IMG/VR virus record: IMGVR_UViG_2721755344_000003
Location: 1 to 64,000 of that record
DNA: 64,000 nt
Source of the DNA: a virus
Taxonomy: Duplodnaviria; Caudoviricetes
Reading direction: 5' to 3' (one strand)
Below are positions 21,098 through 30,660 of the stretch, in pieces. The notes beneath the pieces are model-generated. The model did no database searches. It was not told the origin of the DNA and saw only the letters and a program-made list of their open reading frames with translations. Both the position numbers and the translations under genes were made by a program. Every line of letters begins with the position of its first letter. Positions within the stretch are counted from its first letter, which is position 1.

Positions 21098-21143
21098 CTA
21101 TAATATATAATATATATTGTATAACTATTTTAAACATTAAAAT

Positions 21144-21167
21144 AAAAAACCCTGAGTTTCCCCAGGG
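21144..21167 (-). terminator. Rho-independent terminator
   Basis: ACCCTG/CAGGGT stem followed by a U-run on the minus strand. Confidence 0.6.
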
Positions 21168-21635
21168 TAATTGCAAAGCGGCAATAGAGAGAACCAAAAA
21201 TATTATATCTGTCGAAGTCCGATTACCTTATCACGTTCTTTAATAATCGTTTCCTGGTTATAAATCTTTTTATAAATTCTAAGTCTGATAGGTTTATAAC
21301 CAAAGAATAATCTTCTTTCAACTTCTACTCTTTCATTTTCGATAGTTCCACGTTCTTTCCATGATCTATCATTTACTTCAAGTTCAAACATATGTATAAT
21401 TTTTATTGGTTACAAAGAAATTAACACCTGTTGATAACTTTTAATTGAGATTATAGTTTTCGAATTCTGGAAAAAAAGATATCCTTCCATCGAATGGTCT
21501 ATGAGTAACAATAATCTTACCATATTCACCAACGGAAACAATAGGTTTACATCCACAGAAAATAGAATGAATATGTTCTTTACAATCATTCGGTGGAACA
21601 CTGTTAATCATATGTCCTATAATTTTCATTAAAGA

Positions 21636-21758
21636 TTATTTACAACAAGGCATGGACCTCTTACGTCTTCGTACAGTCCTTCTCTGTACTATACGCCTGT
21701 ATGATCCATGACTCTTAGATTTACTTCGGCTTCTAACCTTACCTTTTCTTCTTGCCAT
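21636..21758 (-). CDS. Protamine-like 40-aa basic protein (not in ORF track)
   Basis: MARRKGKVRSRSKSKSHGSYRRIVQRRTVRRRKRSMPCCK; 18 of 40 residues Arg/Lys; TAATG coupling to the upstream ORF. Confidence 0.7.
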   Translation of the reverse strand: MARRKGKVRSRSKSKSHGSYRRIVQRRTVRRRKRSMPCCK

Positions 21759-21931
21759 TACCTTCTTTTTTTCCTTCGTCTTCCCATCTTCCTGAATGTA
21801 ACAGCTAAATTATAACGTCTTGATCCTTTCGGACAAGATGGACTACCAAACTTCTTACCAGTACATACTCCCTTTGTGCCTCTGCGTTTGATAGAACGAT
21901 TTACTTTTTGAATCCATCTCTTCTTTGCCAT
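21758..21931 (-). CDS. 57-aa highly basic protein (not in ORF track)
   Basis: MAKKRWIQKVNRSIKRRGTKGVCTGKKFGSPSCPKGSRRYNLAVTFRKMGRRRKKRR; no acidic residues. Confidence 0.72.
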   Translation of the reverse strand: MAKKRWIQKVNRSIKRRGTKGVCTGKKFGSPSCPKGSRRYNLAVTFRKMGRRRKKRR

Positions 21932-22023
21932 GACCGTAACGATTAAATTGATACTATCGCTTTGGTCTTGATTAATCCTGGTACAAAGTTCTTAAATTTT
22001 CTTTATGTTACATTCAAAATATT

Positions 22024-22191
22024 TTAACCGTACTGTTTCTTCTTATCCAAATAAGTCTTTAACATAAAGTCAACCTTTGTCTCTGCCTCTCTCATCTGTT
22101 TTAAGACATTTGGTTTCGCAGTAAGGGAATATTCATTCTGTAACTTCCGCATCCTCTGTACATCTTCTATAAAACTCTCAGGCATCCTCAT
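22024..22191 (-). CDS. 55-aa helical protein (not in ORF track)
   Basis: MRMPESFIEDVQRMRKLQNEYSLTAKPNVLKQMREAETKVDFMLKTYLDKKKQYG; its ATG overlaps the TGA of the upstream -1 frame. Confidence 0.6.
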   Translation of the reverse strand: MRMPESFIEDVQRMRKLQNEYSLTAKPNVLKQMREAETKVDFMLKTYLDKKKQYG

Positions 22192-22627
22192 CAGTTCTCA
22201 TTTGCATTAGATACCAAATATGCAGCATTATGATAAGTTGCTGCATTTGCAGTATTCCAGTTAACTGACGTTCCCGTTGTTAATACATTTCCTGCGGTCC
22301 CCTGAATACTATCATAATAATTATTTATACCCGATAATATACTTCCAGTTAGTTTTACGTCCTCATTCCTGATTTTCTCTTTTTTATTTTCCTGGAACTG
22401 GACGACACCTAAAAAGGGCGTATTGCAATATCAATCTGATCAAGTTGATCAGAATATTCCTCGGGAATGGCTTTAACTGCCATCATCTGAGCCACCTGAT
22501 CATTGATAGCAAGAATAGTTGTCGGTTCAACAAGAAGTTTTGTTTTTTCTTCTTTCTTATCTTCACCTTTCTCATTTTTCTTTGGATGCCAGAGAATAGC
22601 ATACTGATACAATTTTAAGTTTGTCAT
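22191..22627 (-). CDS. 72-aa protein (22409-22627) with predicted -1 frameshift extension of 73 aa to 22191
   Basis: The ORF ends CGC CCT TTT TAG with slippery heptamer C CCT TTT (22418-22412); the -1 frame is open to TGA at 22193-22191. Confidence 0.65.
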
Positions 22628-22674
22628 AATAAATAAATTTTAAGTTAATAATTAAATATAGTAACTGAATTCAA

Positions 22675-23304
22675 TCAATTTTTCCATTTTAAATTGTTTT
22701 TATAATAAATATTTGAATGATCAATAGACTTTATCCAATCTTTCCGTTGAACTACCGCACTAGGACCCGTCATACCTCCTACAATGACAAGATCCATACT
22801 ACTAAAATCTATGAACTTAAAGGTCGATAATAATGGTTCTATTGAAATGAATTTATGAACATGAGCATTATTATAACTTTTAAGTTCATCTAATCTACCA
22901 AGTCCTAATAACGATTCTACAGTCGTCCCTAACCATACATTCTCTGGAAAAATAATCTCATGATATCTTCCGGGATTCTTAGTAAGAAACATATATCTAT
23001 GTCCTGGCGTAAGCCAAATAACTTCAAGGATCCTATCTAACCATTCTTTATTAACCCACTTTCCAAAGAGATCACACATACTTCCTACATATATTGTAGA
23101 CCATTTTGATAATCCCATTGGTTTCTTTAATCTATCAGGAAAAAATTCTGGTTCATTCCAACTTGTTATCCAACCAAACCTATCATTCATTCTCCTGGCA
23201 TAACAATAATCACATCCATGTCTACATCCCACAACAGGATTCCAGGTATAATCAAGTTTCCACCCTTCTTCTGGATTTTCCCAATCTATTTTTGTCTTAT
23301 TCAT
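22675..23304 (-). CDS. DUF5131 (phage Gp37/Gp68) radical-SAM-like protein
   Basis: TWNPVVGCRHGCDYCYARRM (CxxxCxxC), GSMCDLF, FLTKNP, NVWLGTTVE, FISIEPLL, VIVGGMTG. Confidence 0.88.
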   Translation of the reverse strand: MNKTKIDWENPEEGWKLDYTWNPVVGCRHGCDYCYARRMNDRFGWITSWNEPEFFPDRLKKPMGLSKWSTIYVGSMCDLFGKWVNKEWLDRILEVIWLTPGHRYMFLTKNPGRYHEIIFPENVWLGTTVESLLGLGRLDELKSYNNAHVHKFISIEPLLSTFKFIDFSSMDLVIVGGMTGPSAVVQRKDWIKSIDHSNIYYKNNLKWKN

Positions 23305-25279
23305 TTGTTAAATCCTGATTCTAATTCATCAAGAACTTCTCTTTTACGAGTAAGTAATTTTCTGAAATCTTTAAGAAAAAATCTTATCCAGAATGAAGAA
23401 AAGTTAAGATAGATCTTATGAGATTTACCTTCTCCTTTGTTAGTACGACCATATAATACCAACTTAAATCCTTCATTGGTATCTTCCATTTCCAAATAAT
23501 GTACATCCAGGTAAATGTTTACTACTTCATTTTTACTCATAATTCAAATTTATTTATAGTGTTGATTCAAAATAAGTCCATTCACAATTAGTCGCTATCA
23601 TATACATCTGTTGTCGTGGTATCGGATAAAATAACTTTACTCCAATAAGTATATTATCTATCCTCCATGCTACAAACCACTTTCTCCAGATAACAGTAAA
23701 CAAATGCGAATCATTAAGTATCCATTGTCTTATAAGCGGATCATAATATTTAACACATCTATGTGGAGCGTCAGTATGATTATGTCCAGTATAAAGAGGA
23801 TTAACATTTTCTTCTGGTTCAACTTGCTTCTGTCCTCCATGTCTATTATGCCAGGTAGTCACATATAAAAATTTATCTTCAATTTCAATATGATCGATTT
23901 CATCATAAGGTTGATGACTTATATTAAGAAGCCAGAAACATCCTTTATCAAGTAACCTCATCCTGCAATGAAATCTGCCATATCTCTGTCTTAGTTGATC
24001 ATAATTCGTTTTTGCATTAGGATTAGATCCCCATGGAAAATAATCCTTGATAAAATCAGGTTGAATTATGGATGAAAATGTCAGTTTATAATTTGGTATG
24101 TCTTTTACTTCCTTAAACCATTTATACCTCACCCTGAGATATAAGAATATTTTAATTAACCAGTTCATTTCCTTGCCTCATTAGGTTCCATATCATGTCT
24201 AATACCAATAACATCATAGATGAATATAAGACCTTCTTCCATCAATTCAAGATTCTTATGCACGTTATCAATATAATCTGTCAGACGTTGAAAAATATTC
24301 TTCATCTCTTTAATATTGAAATTAGAAACATCACTAGTATTATCAAGACTCGAATGTATTCCTGCTATTCCTGATACAATAAGACCATTCTTATTTAGAA
24401 CATCAGATCTTATCTGTTTCTGAATAAGATAAACTTTATTATAGAGATCTTCAGAATACTTCAATAATTCCTGAATTTTAATCATACTCTCTATAAATGT
24501 TCCTTCTTTAATATCACTTAAAGATTTGTCTGCATTTGATCCCATAGTATTTAATTATTTAGTTTAGAAACTTGATCTTCTTTATACATCCTCTTGGAAT
24601 GCCAATCATTGATATATATGTATTATCTTCTCCTATTGAAGATGCTATAGTCACAACTTTTTTATTTTTCATGATCAAAAATCCTTTTGTTACAATCCTG
24701 AATTCTTTAGAAGAGAATTTCTTTATACCATCAATACTTTTCCATTGACCGGAACTTACCGAATCTACCCAATGAACTTCAACAAACTTCTTCTTATTTC
24801 TTATCTTTTTAAATCTCATGCAAATCCCTTTCCTCCACGTTTACTTTTGTGATGTTTTGCCTTCCATACCCTGTAAGGATATTTCACATACCTGAAAGTA
24901 TCTTTCTTATCCTCTTCCAATAATGCCCTATAGGAGATGTCAGGAACTCTCTCGCTTACACTTTTCAGGTCGGTGAACGATTCCAGGTTCCATGTGTCGA
25001 TATTCAACACTACATAAAAATATTCCCTGTCTCTGTTCATAATCTTTCAATTTGTTTTAATCCAAACCATGCCATATAACCTGCATCATCAATCTCTAAA
25101 CCATACTTCTGCATCCCCTGAGTTATCGTCCTCGTTTTTATAGTGGCATATTTGCCTACAAGATCCACACGAATATCATTTACCTCCATCTTTGCACCAG
25201 GATAACTATCTATCTTCCATATCGGATGTCCTACCAATATCTTCACCCTTGCACCAATTCTGTACTTAAATCGTCCCAT
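23301..25279 (-). other. Run of six tightly packed hypothetical ORFs (23301-23540, 23554-24168, 24165-24545, 24559-24819, 24816-25040, 25037-25279)
   Basis: ORF track; co-oriented with short gaps or ATGA overlaps; no function recognised. Confidence 0.6.
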
Positions 25280-25340
25280 ATCTTAAAATCTATCACAGTA
25301 AAGTTGTATATAATATACATTCTGTCAAAATATACTTATT

Positions 25341-25472
25341 AACAAAATGACATTCTATCATGAATTAGTTAATTGCGATAGAATGTATTTTTTTTTGTCT
25401 AAACCCGTCTTTTTCGACACTAGAATGTCACTCCATTGTAAAATAATTATTACAACAAAATGACACTCTATC
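25341..25472. repeat. Direct and inverted repeats of a TGACAYTCTATC motif
   Basis: AACAAAATGACATTCTATC (25341-25359) and AACAAAATGACACTCTATC (25454-25472); inverted partial copies GATAGAATGT (25377-25386) and TAGAATGTCA (25421-25430). Confidence 0.75.
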
Positions 25473-25535
25473 GTATCTCATTATACCCAAACCAACCAAA
25501 GACTATATTATTATCCCTTCCCTATCCATAAACAT

Positions 25536-25603
25536 CCCCTCCTGTATATACCCCCCCCGTATATATAGTGTGCCCCCCTATATACCCCCGGATAATCACC
25601 CCC
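25536..25603 (-). repeat. Cluster of C-tracts (G-tracts on the minus strand) with TATATA spacers
   Basis: C4 25536-39, C8 25551-58, C6 25573-78, C5 25585-89, C5 25599-603; the unit TATATACCCCC occurs twice. Confidence 0.8.
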
Positions 25604-25638
25604 ATGTTTTACGGTAATCAAACTTTAAATTTTAATTT

Positions 25639-25965
25639 ATGAATTCACTGAGAGAAAAGAGTCCGCAGGGTGCAGACCCACGCAGGGACTTCGATGCTTG
25701 CCACATCATAAATGTGAGCAAAGCAAATCAGATCTCTACTAAAAACTGGGAATACCATACAGTGCAAACTGATGGTGCAAACAAGACTGAGAACATTGGT
25801 GTTGGGTTACTCATGGTAGCTCACAACAAGTTCGGTAGCGTCCTGCTCACAACGAGCGGTAAAGCTGTACCGAAAGGAACAGCAAAGGAAGACGTTGAAT
25901 ATCTTGTCAACAGCAAAGTCATGATTGGCAGGAAAGCAGGAGAGATCTATCTTCAGTCAGCTTAA
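25639..25965 (+). CDS. First gene of the early arm, monocistronic hypothetical protein
   Basis: 108 aa ORF with A-rich leader and its own terminator. Confidence 0.7.
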   Translation: MNSLREKSPQGADPRRDFDACHIINVSKANQISTKNWEYHTVQTDGANKTENIGVGLLMVAHNKFGSVLLTTSGKAVPKGTAKEDVEYLVNSKVMIGRKAGEIYLQSA

Positions 25966-25968
25966 AGG

Positions 25969-25991
25969 AAGGGGGGAAACCCCCTTTTTTT
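25969..25991 (+). terminator. Rho-independent terminator
   Basis: AAGGGGG-GAAA-CCCCCTT hairpin plus T-run. Confidence 0.8.
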
Positions 25992-26493
25992 AAAACCCTT
26001 CCTGCAATATATATATCCAATATAATGATATAATATCAGGCTTGGATTGGCTTACAGAGCAGGATAGATCATGCATTCCTTCTGATTGGAATGTGAGGAT
26101 AATACAGATGGTGGAGTATTATAAGATATATAGAAAGAGTAAGGAGATAAGAATATGTATATCTTCGTTTCGATGAACATTAATAAGTAACTAAAGAAAG
26201 GAAGGATATATATGATGTGAGGTAATATAATCTTCGATAATTTAGCAACCATACTGTGATATGGAATAAGGCTACGATGATCTGGAAGGACCAGGGAGCA
26301 GTCTTGCTTAACTGTGAGAATCAGTGACAAACCTGTGGGGCTTATATCTCATCCGATTTAAGGCGGCAAGTGAGTATTAGTGCAGAGTATAAAATCAGGT
26401 AGTCATCTTGTAGTAATGCATATGAATTGACTATAAATGACTTAAATAAGTCCTTACAAGCCAATGAAAGGCAAAACTCCTTATTAATCTTTG

Positions 26494-26501
26494 TATCTTT
26501 G
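26494..26501 (+). promoter_or_regulatory. Bacteroidota -7 element TATCTTTG
   Basis: TAnnTTTG match 19 nt upstream of the ATG at 26521. Confidence 0.5.
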
Positions 26502-27359
26502 ATTATTAATAACTAACCATATGAAAAAGATTAGATTTTTATTCCTGGTATTCTCCAAGCCTATCATTAAATCCTGGATTCAATGGGGAGAATTGAACTA
26601 TTCTGTCAAAGTATTTGGTAAGATAATAATTGTGAGACAAAGAATAATCTTGGATAAAGTAATGTATATAATATATGCATCATTTGGTGATAATCAAGAT
26701 GTAGATCCTATTTATCTTTATTAAATATATGAAATTAATAATCACACTAAGTAGTGGATTAAGAGTCGGTAATTTCAGTTCACCTTATGCATTTGAATTT
26801 GAAGATGGAACAATATTGCCTGCTATAGATGATATAACAGCGAAATTAGGCACATTAGATAGAGATGATGAAATAGTTCAAATTGGTAAGATATATTCGA
26901 CTATACATCCTGTATTTAAGTTAAATAATATGATTGAGTTTGAATTGGATCAATGGATAAATGTATTTTTAGATGACAAAGTAGATATAGTGATAGTTCC
27001 ATTACCAGTATTACAAGCAATGCAATCAGATAAAGGATGGAAATCATCAATATTGAGTCTTCCATTCAGGACAATATATATTGTGGATAGGATAAAGAAG
27101 ATAATATCAATTAATAAATTCTGTATATGATATCTATTGAACTAACTAATAAGATTGAAGAACTAGTGATATTTACTAATTCGTTTAAAGATCAGAATAA
27201 TATGACTAAAGATGATCTTAATAAGAGTTATGACATGTTGGTAGATATAGAAGATTGTATGAGCAGAATCATATTTAAACCAACAGCAGTGTTTGAATTA
27301 ATGGATATGCAACGTCAAATAATCGATATAAAGAATGACATATCTAAACTTTTAAATCA

Positions 27360-27851
27360 ATGAAATATTCATCAAGTATTCTTTATTTTATATGTTCATT
27401 TTTCATAACATCTTCTTTTACAGAAATATTAAAAGCACAAAACATAGTTTCTACCGCTGGAGATCACTTTAAAAATAATACAGCTCAGTTAAGCTGGACC
27501 GTCGGAGAGGTAACCATTGAAACTCTATCAGGCACCAGTAATATTCTTACTCAGGGATTTCACCAGACTAACTTAATAGCAACTGCTATCAATGAAATAC
27601 TTGATCTTGGTTTTGAAATTAAAGCCTATCCGAATCCTACTCAGGATTATCTGATCCTTAAAATATCAAAAGATAAACTTAATGGAATGCAGTACAAACT
27701 TTACGATATGCAAGGGAAATTATTGCATCATAAGTTGATTGAAGAAAGTGAAACAGAAATTTCTTTTAAAGATCTTGTCCCATCAACATATCTTATCAAA
27801 GTAATTGAAATGAATAAAGAACTTAAAACCTTCATGATAGTTAAACAATAA
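27360..27851 (+). CDS. T9SS type A C-terminal sorting domain protein (host-derived)
   Basis: Sec signal peptide; SWTVGE...LTQGFHQ domain; CTD YPNP...YDMQGK...STYLIKV...KTFMIVK. Confidence 0.9.
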   Translation: MKYSSSILYFICSFFITSSFTEILKAQNIVSTAGDHFKNNTAQLSWTVGEVTIETLSGTSNILTQGFHQTNLIATAINEILDLGFEIKAYPNPTQDYLILKISKDKLNGMQYKLYDMQGKLLHHKLIEESETEISFKDLVPSTYLIKVIEMNKELKTFMIVKQ

Positions 27852-27863
27852 AAAAACAAAGCC

Positions 27864-29300
27864 ATGAGAAAGTTATACTCAATTTTGGTCGCATTAATAC
27901 TGTCTGTAACATTATTTGCACAGGCACCATCAAGTTTTAAATACCAGACAGTTGTTAGAAACTCTTCTGGACAGTTGATTACAAATACCCAGGTTACTAT
28001 TCAAATAGCAATACTTAGAGGTAGTATCAGTGGTGATCCGGTTTATATTGAAACCTTCAGTCCGACAACAAATGATTTTGGTTTGGTGAACCTGAATATA
28101 GGTTCAGGAATAATGATCTTAGGTAATTTTGAAACTATTGATTGGGGAATTGATACTTATTTTATTAAAGTCTGGTTTAATAGTACAGAGATGGGCACCA
28201 GTCAGTTATTAAGTGTCCCTTATGCATTATATGCAAACAAAGCAGAGACTCTATCGGAAAATGCTTTAACAGGAAATGAAAATGCTTTCATCGAATGGGA
28301 TAAAAATATATTAGATGATTTTGATGGTAAATATAGCAGTCTTTCCAATATACCAACTTTTGCCAATATTGCAATAACAGGAGATTATAATGATCTTGCT
28401 AATAAACCACTCTTATCCGATAGTGCCTGGGGATCATTACCACTAGGAAAAGCAGGACAGATATTAACCATAGATCAATTTGGTAAACCATTATGGGTTA
28501 CTCTTTCTGGAAAGCCAGATGCAACAACTCTGCCAGTGTCAAATATAAATGGTGGATTAACAACATTTAATTGCAATGTCAACCCAAATGGACTTTTAAC
28601 TTCAGTAATATTTGAATATGGTATTGACACTGGTTATGGTAAAGTAATATTGCCTACTCAGAATACTATCATTGGAAATTCAATTATTGCTTTAAGTGCT
28701 GATATAGGAAATTTAGCGGTAGGTACCACTTATCATTTCAGAGTAAAAGCCATAAATACATTTGGTACTTCGTATGGAGAAGATATGTATTTCACACCTT
28801 ATTATTCTTTAGAATCAATTGCTATTGGACAATTCTATGCTGGTGGTGTAATATTCTATATTGATGAAACTGGACAACACGGATTAGTTTGTGCTTCAAC
28901 TAATCAAAGTCAAGGAATACAATGGTATAATGGAGCCGATATTTTAACAGATGCTACTGATAAATTAATTGGAACTGGACAGCAAAATACAGCAAAAATA
29001 ATTGCTATTCAAGGACCTGGAATTTATGCTGCAAGTCTTTGTGATCAATTAGAATTAAATGGCTTTAATGATTGGTTTATGCCTTCATATGATGAACTTA
29101 AACAGATGTTTCTTAATAGGGCAATTATTGGAGGTTTTGAAATGTCATCATATCGTTGGTGGTATTGGAGTTCGACAGAAAAAGGTTTAACTTTAGCTAA
29201 TATGTGGGATTTTAGTAGGGATAATCCAGATATGAATGGCGAAGCCTATGCAACAAAAAATGGTAGTGGAGCTGGTGTAAGAGCTATTCGTACTTTTTAA
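27864..29300 (+). CDS. Secreted FN3 plus DUF1566 (Lcl-C, C-type-lectin-like fold) protein
   Basis: Signal peptide, AQAP..FKYQTVVRN domain, FN3-like TTYHFRVKAIN, C-terminal GGVIFY...DWFMPSYDEL...YWSSTE...VRAIRTF. Confidence 0.85.
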   Translation: MRKLYSILVALILSVTLFAQAPSSFKYQTVVRNSSGQLITNTQVTIQIAILRGSISGDPVYIETFSPTTNDFGLVNLNIGSGIMILGNFETIDWGIDTYFIKVWFNSTEMGTSQLLSVPYALYANKAETLSENALTGNENAFIEWDKNILDDFDGKYSSLSNIPTFANIAITGDYNDLANKPLLSDSAWGSLPLGKAGQILTIDQFGKPLWVTLSGKPDATTLPVSNINGGLTTFNCNVNPNGLLTSVIFEYGIDTGYGKVILPTQNTIIGNSIIALSADIGNLAVGTTYHFRVKAINTFGTSYGEDMYFTPYYSLESIAIGQFYAGGVIFYIDETGQHGLVCASTNQSQGIQWYNGADILTDATDKLIGTGQQNTAKIIAIQGPGIYAASLCDQLELNGFNDWFMPSYDELKQMFLNRAIIGGFEMSSYRWWYWSSTEKGLTLANMWDFSRDNPDMNGEAYATKNGSGAGVRAIRTF

Positions 29301-29351
29301 ATTGTTAAAATGAATTTATTCGTTTGACAATAAACTATTAAATTAAACATT

Positions 29352-29636
29352 ATGACATTTCATCTTAAGGGGGAAATAAAAACTGGTAGAGTCTGGTTAA
29401 GATATAAAGAATTGTATCCTGGAGAAAGTCAAAGATTAATAAATCATTCGCCAGATGGTTTTAATTGGGGGTATGGTGGATCAGGACCAGCACAATTAGC
29501 ATTAGCTATATGCCTTGAATTGTTTGATAGAAAGAAAGCATTGAAAGTATATCAAGTGCTTAAATGGAGACATATTGCTACATTACCACAGACAGATTTT
29601 GAACGGGATATTACCATAGATCAATATCTTTTATGA
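29352..29636 (+). CDS. DUF6166-like phage protein
   Basis: NHSPDGFNWGYGGSGPAQLALA motif. Confidence 0.75.
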   Translation: MTFHLKGEIKTGRVWLRYKELYPGESQRLINHSPDGFNWGYGGSGPAQLALAICLELFDRKKALKVYQVLKWRHIATLPQTDFERDITIDQYLL

Positions 29637-30222
29637 AAAAAGATAGGCTTGATATTGCTCATGTTATATATGAATGGTGGAAAACCAAACAGAATAAAAA
29701 AGATTATCTCGATGCCACAATAACAGTAGAACAATTTTTAAGTATAAAAACAATAAGTGAAGATATAGAATTTATAGAAGAAGGCACACGAATATTCATA
29801 AAACACAGAAATAAACCAGATGAGATTATATATAAAGGAATCGAAGCGGTTAAAGAAATCAGAGCAGCTTTGTCTTCGTGCAGTACATGTAATTATGAAA
29901 TATACGTCAGATTTAATGAAGGAGGAGAAAAGAAACAAGAAGAAGATTGGTATTGGAACAGAGATTGCATGTGTCTTAATATTGATTGTTCAAATCATTT
30001 TAATAATATTGTAAAGAACAGAACAACCAGAGAACCAATACAACCAGTATATGAATGTCCATATTGGAAACAAAGGATAAAGGAGTTATTAACAGATTAT
30101 GAACAGACTACAACAGTTATTACGACAGGCAAAAGAATTAAAAAGAAAAGGGGAAAATACAAAAGATATTCAAAACCAAATTATGGATGAATTTATATTA
30201 GATAAAGAAAATTATATAACCT

Positions 30223-30660
30223 ATGAAGAAAAACATCGTCGTATGCATTCTAATGATTCTGGCAGGGATCGTTAATGCACAGAAACCACAAATCAAATTA
30301 CCTGAATGGGAAACAACAGGAACTGTTATAGGACCACCAGAGAATGCCATATTAGGTACATTTGAAGAAGTATTAGAAAAAGTCATGAAATTAACAGGTA
30401 TGGACACTATGTATATTCTCACAGATCAACCTGGTTTATATATTCCAGATTATTCCATGACTATCAGACAAACTGTCTATATATATATTCCAAGTAATGA
30501 CAATAGACAGTCTCCTGGTTATTCTAATAATGGTTATGATCCTACTCATGGAAGATATGAGAATAGGTATTATAATGCAAATCCGGGCTTATTAATGCCC
30601 TTGCCAGCACCACCACCATTGCCAAGATCTGTACCATGGTATTATATAAGAAAGCGGTGA
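30223..30660 (+). CDS. Secreted hypothetical protein with Pro-rich C-terminus
   Basis: MKK + hydrophobic + VNA/Q signal peptide (Bacteroidota Q-rule). Confidence 0.6.
   Translation: MKKNIVVCILMILAGIVNAQKPQIKLPEWETTGTVIGPPENAILGTFEEVLEKVMKLTGMDTMYILTDQPGLYIPDYSMTIRQTVYIYIPSNDNRQSPGYSNNGYDPTHGRYENRYYNANPGLLMPLPAPPPLPRSVPWYYIRKR

Noticed and set aside
22355-22411. TAG read-through instead of a frameshift at the end of the 72-aa ORF
   Set aside because: The zero frame closes again after 17 codons, whereas the -1 frame is long and coupled to the next gene.
26000-26520. Additional ncRNA or genes in the gap after the first early gene
   Set aside because: Only weak short stems and start-less short frames are present; the support is insufficient.
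12631-29300. Diversity-generating retroelement, suggested by the Mtd_N domain and a DUF1566 target-type fold
   Set aside because: No reverse transcriptase or Avd was found, and no template repeat differing only at adenines from the DUF1566 or fibre 3' ends was found in the window. One could lie outside it.
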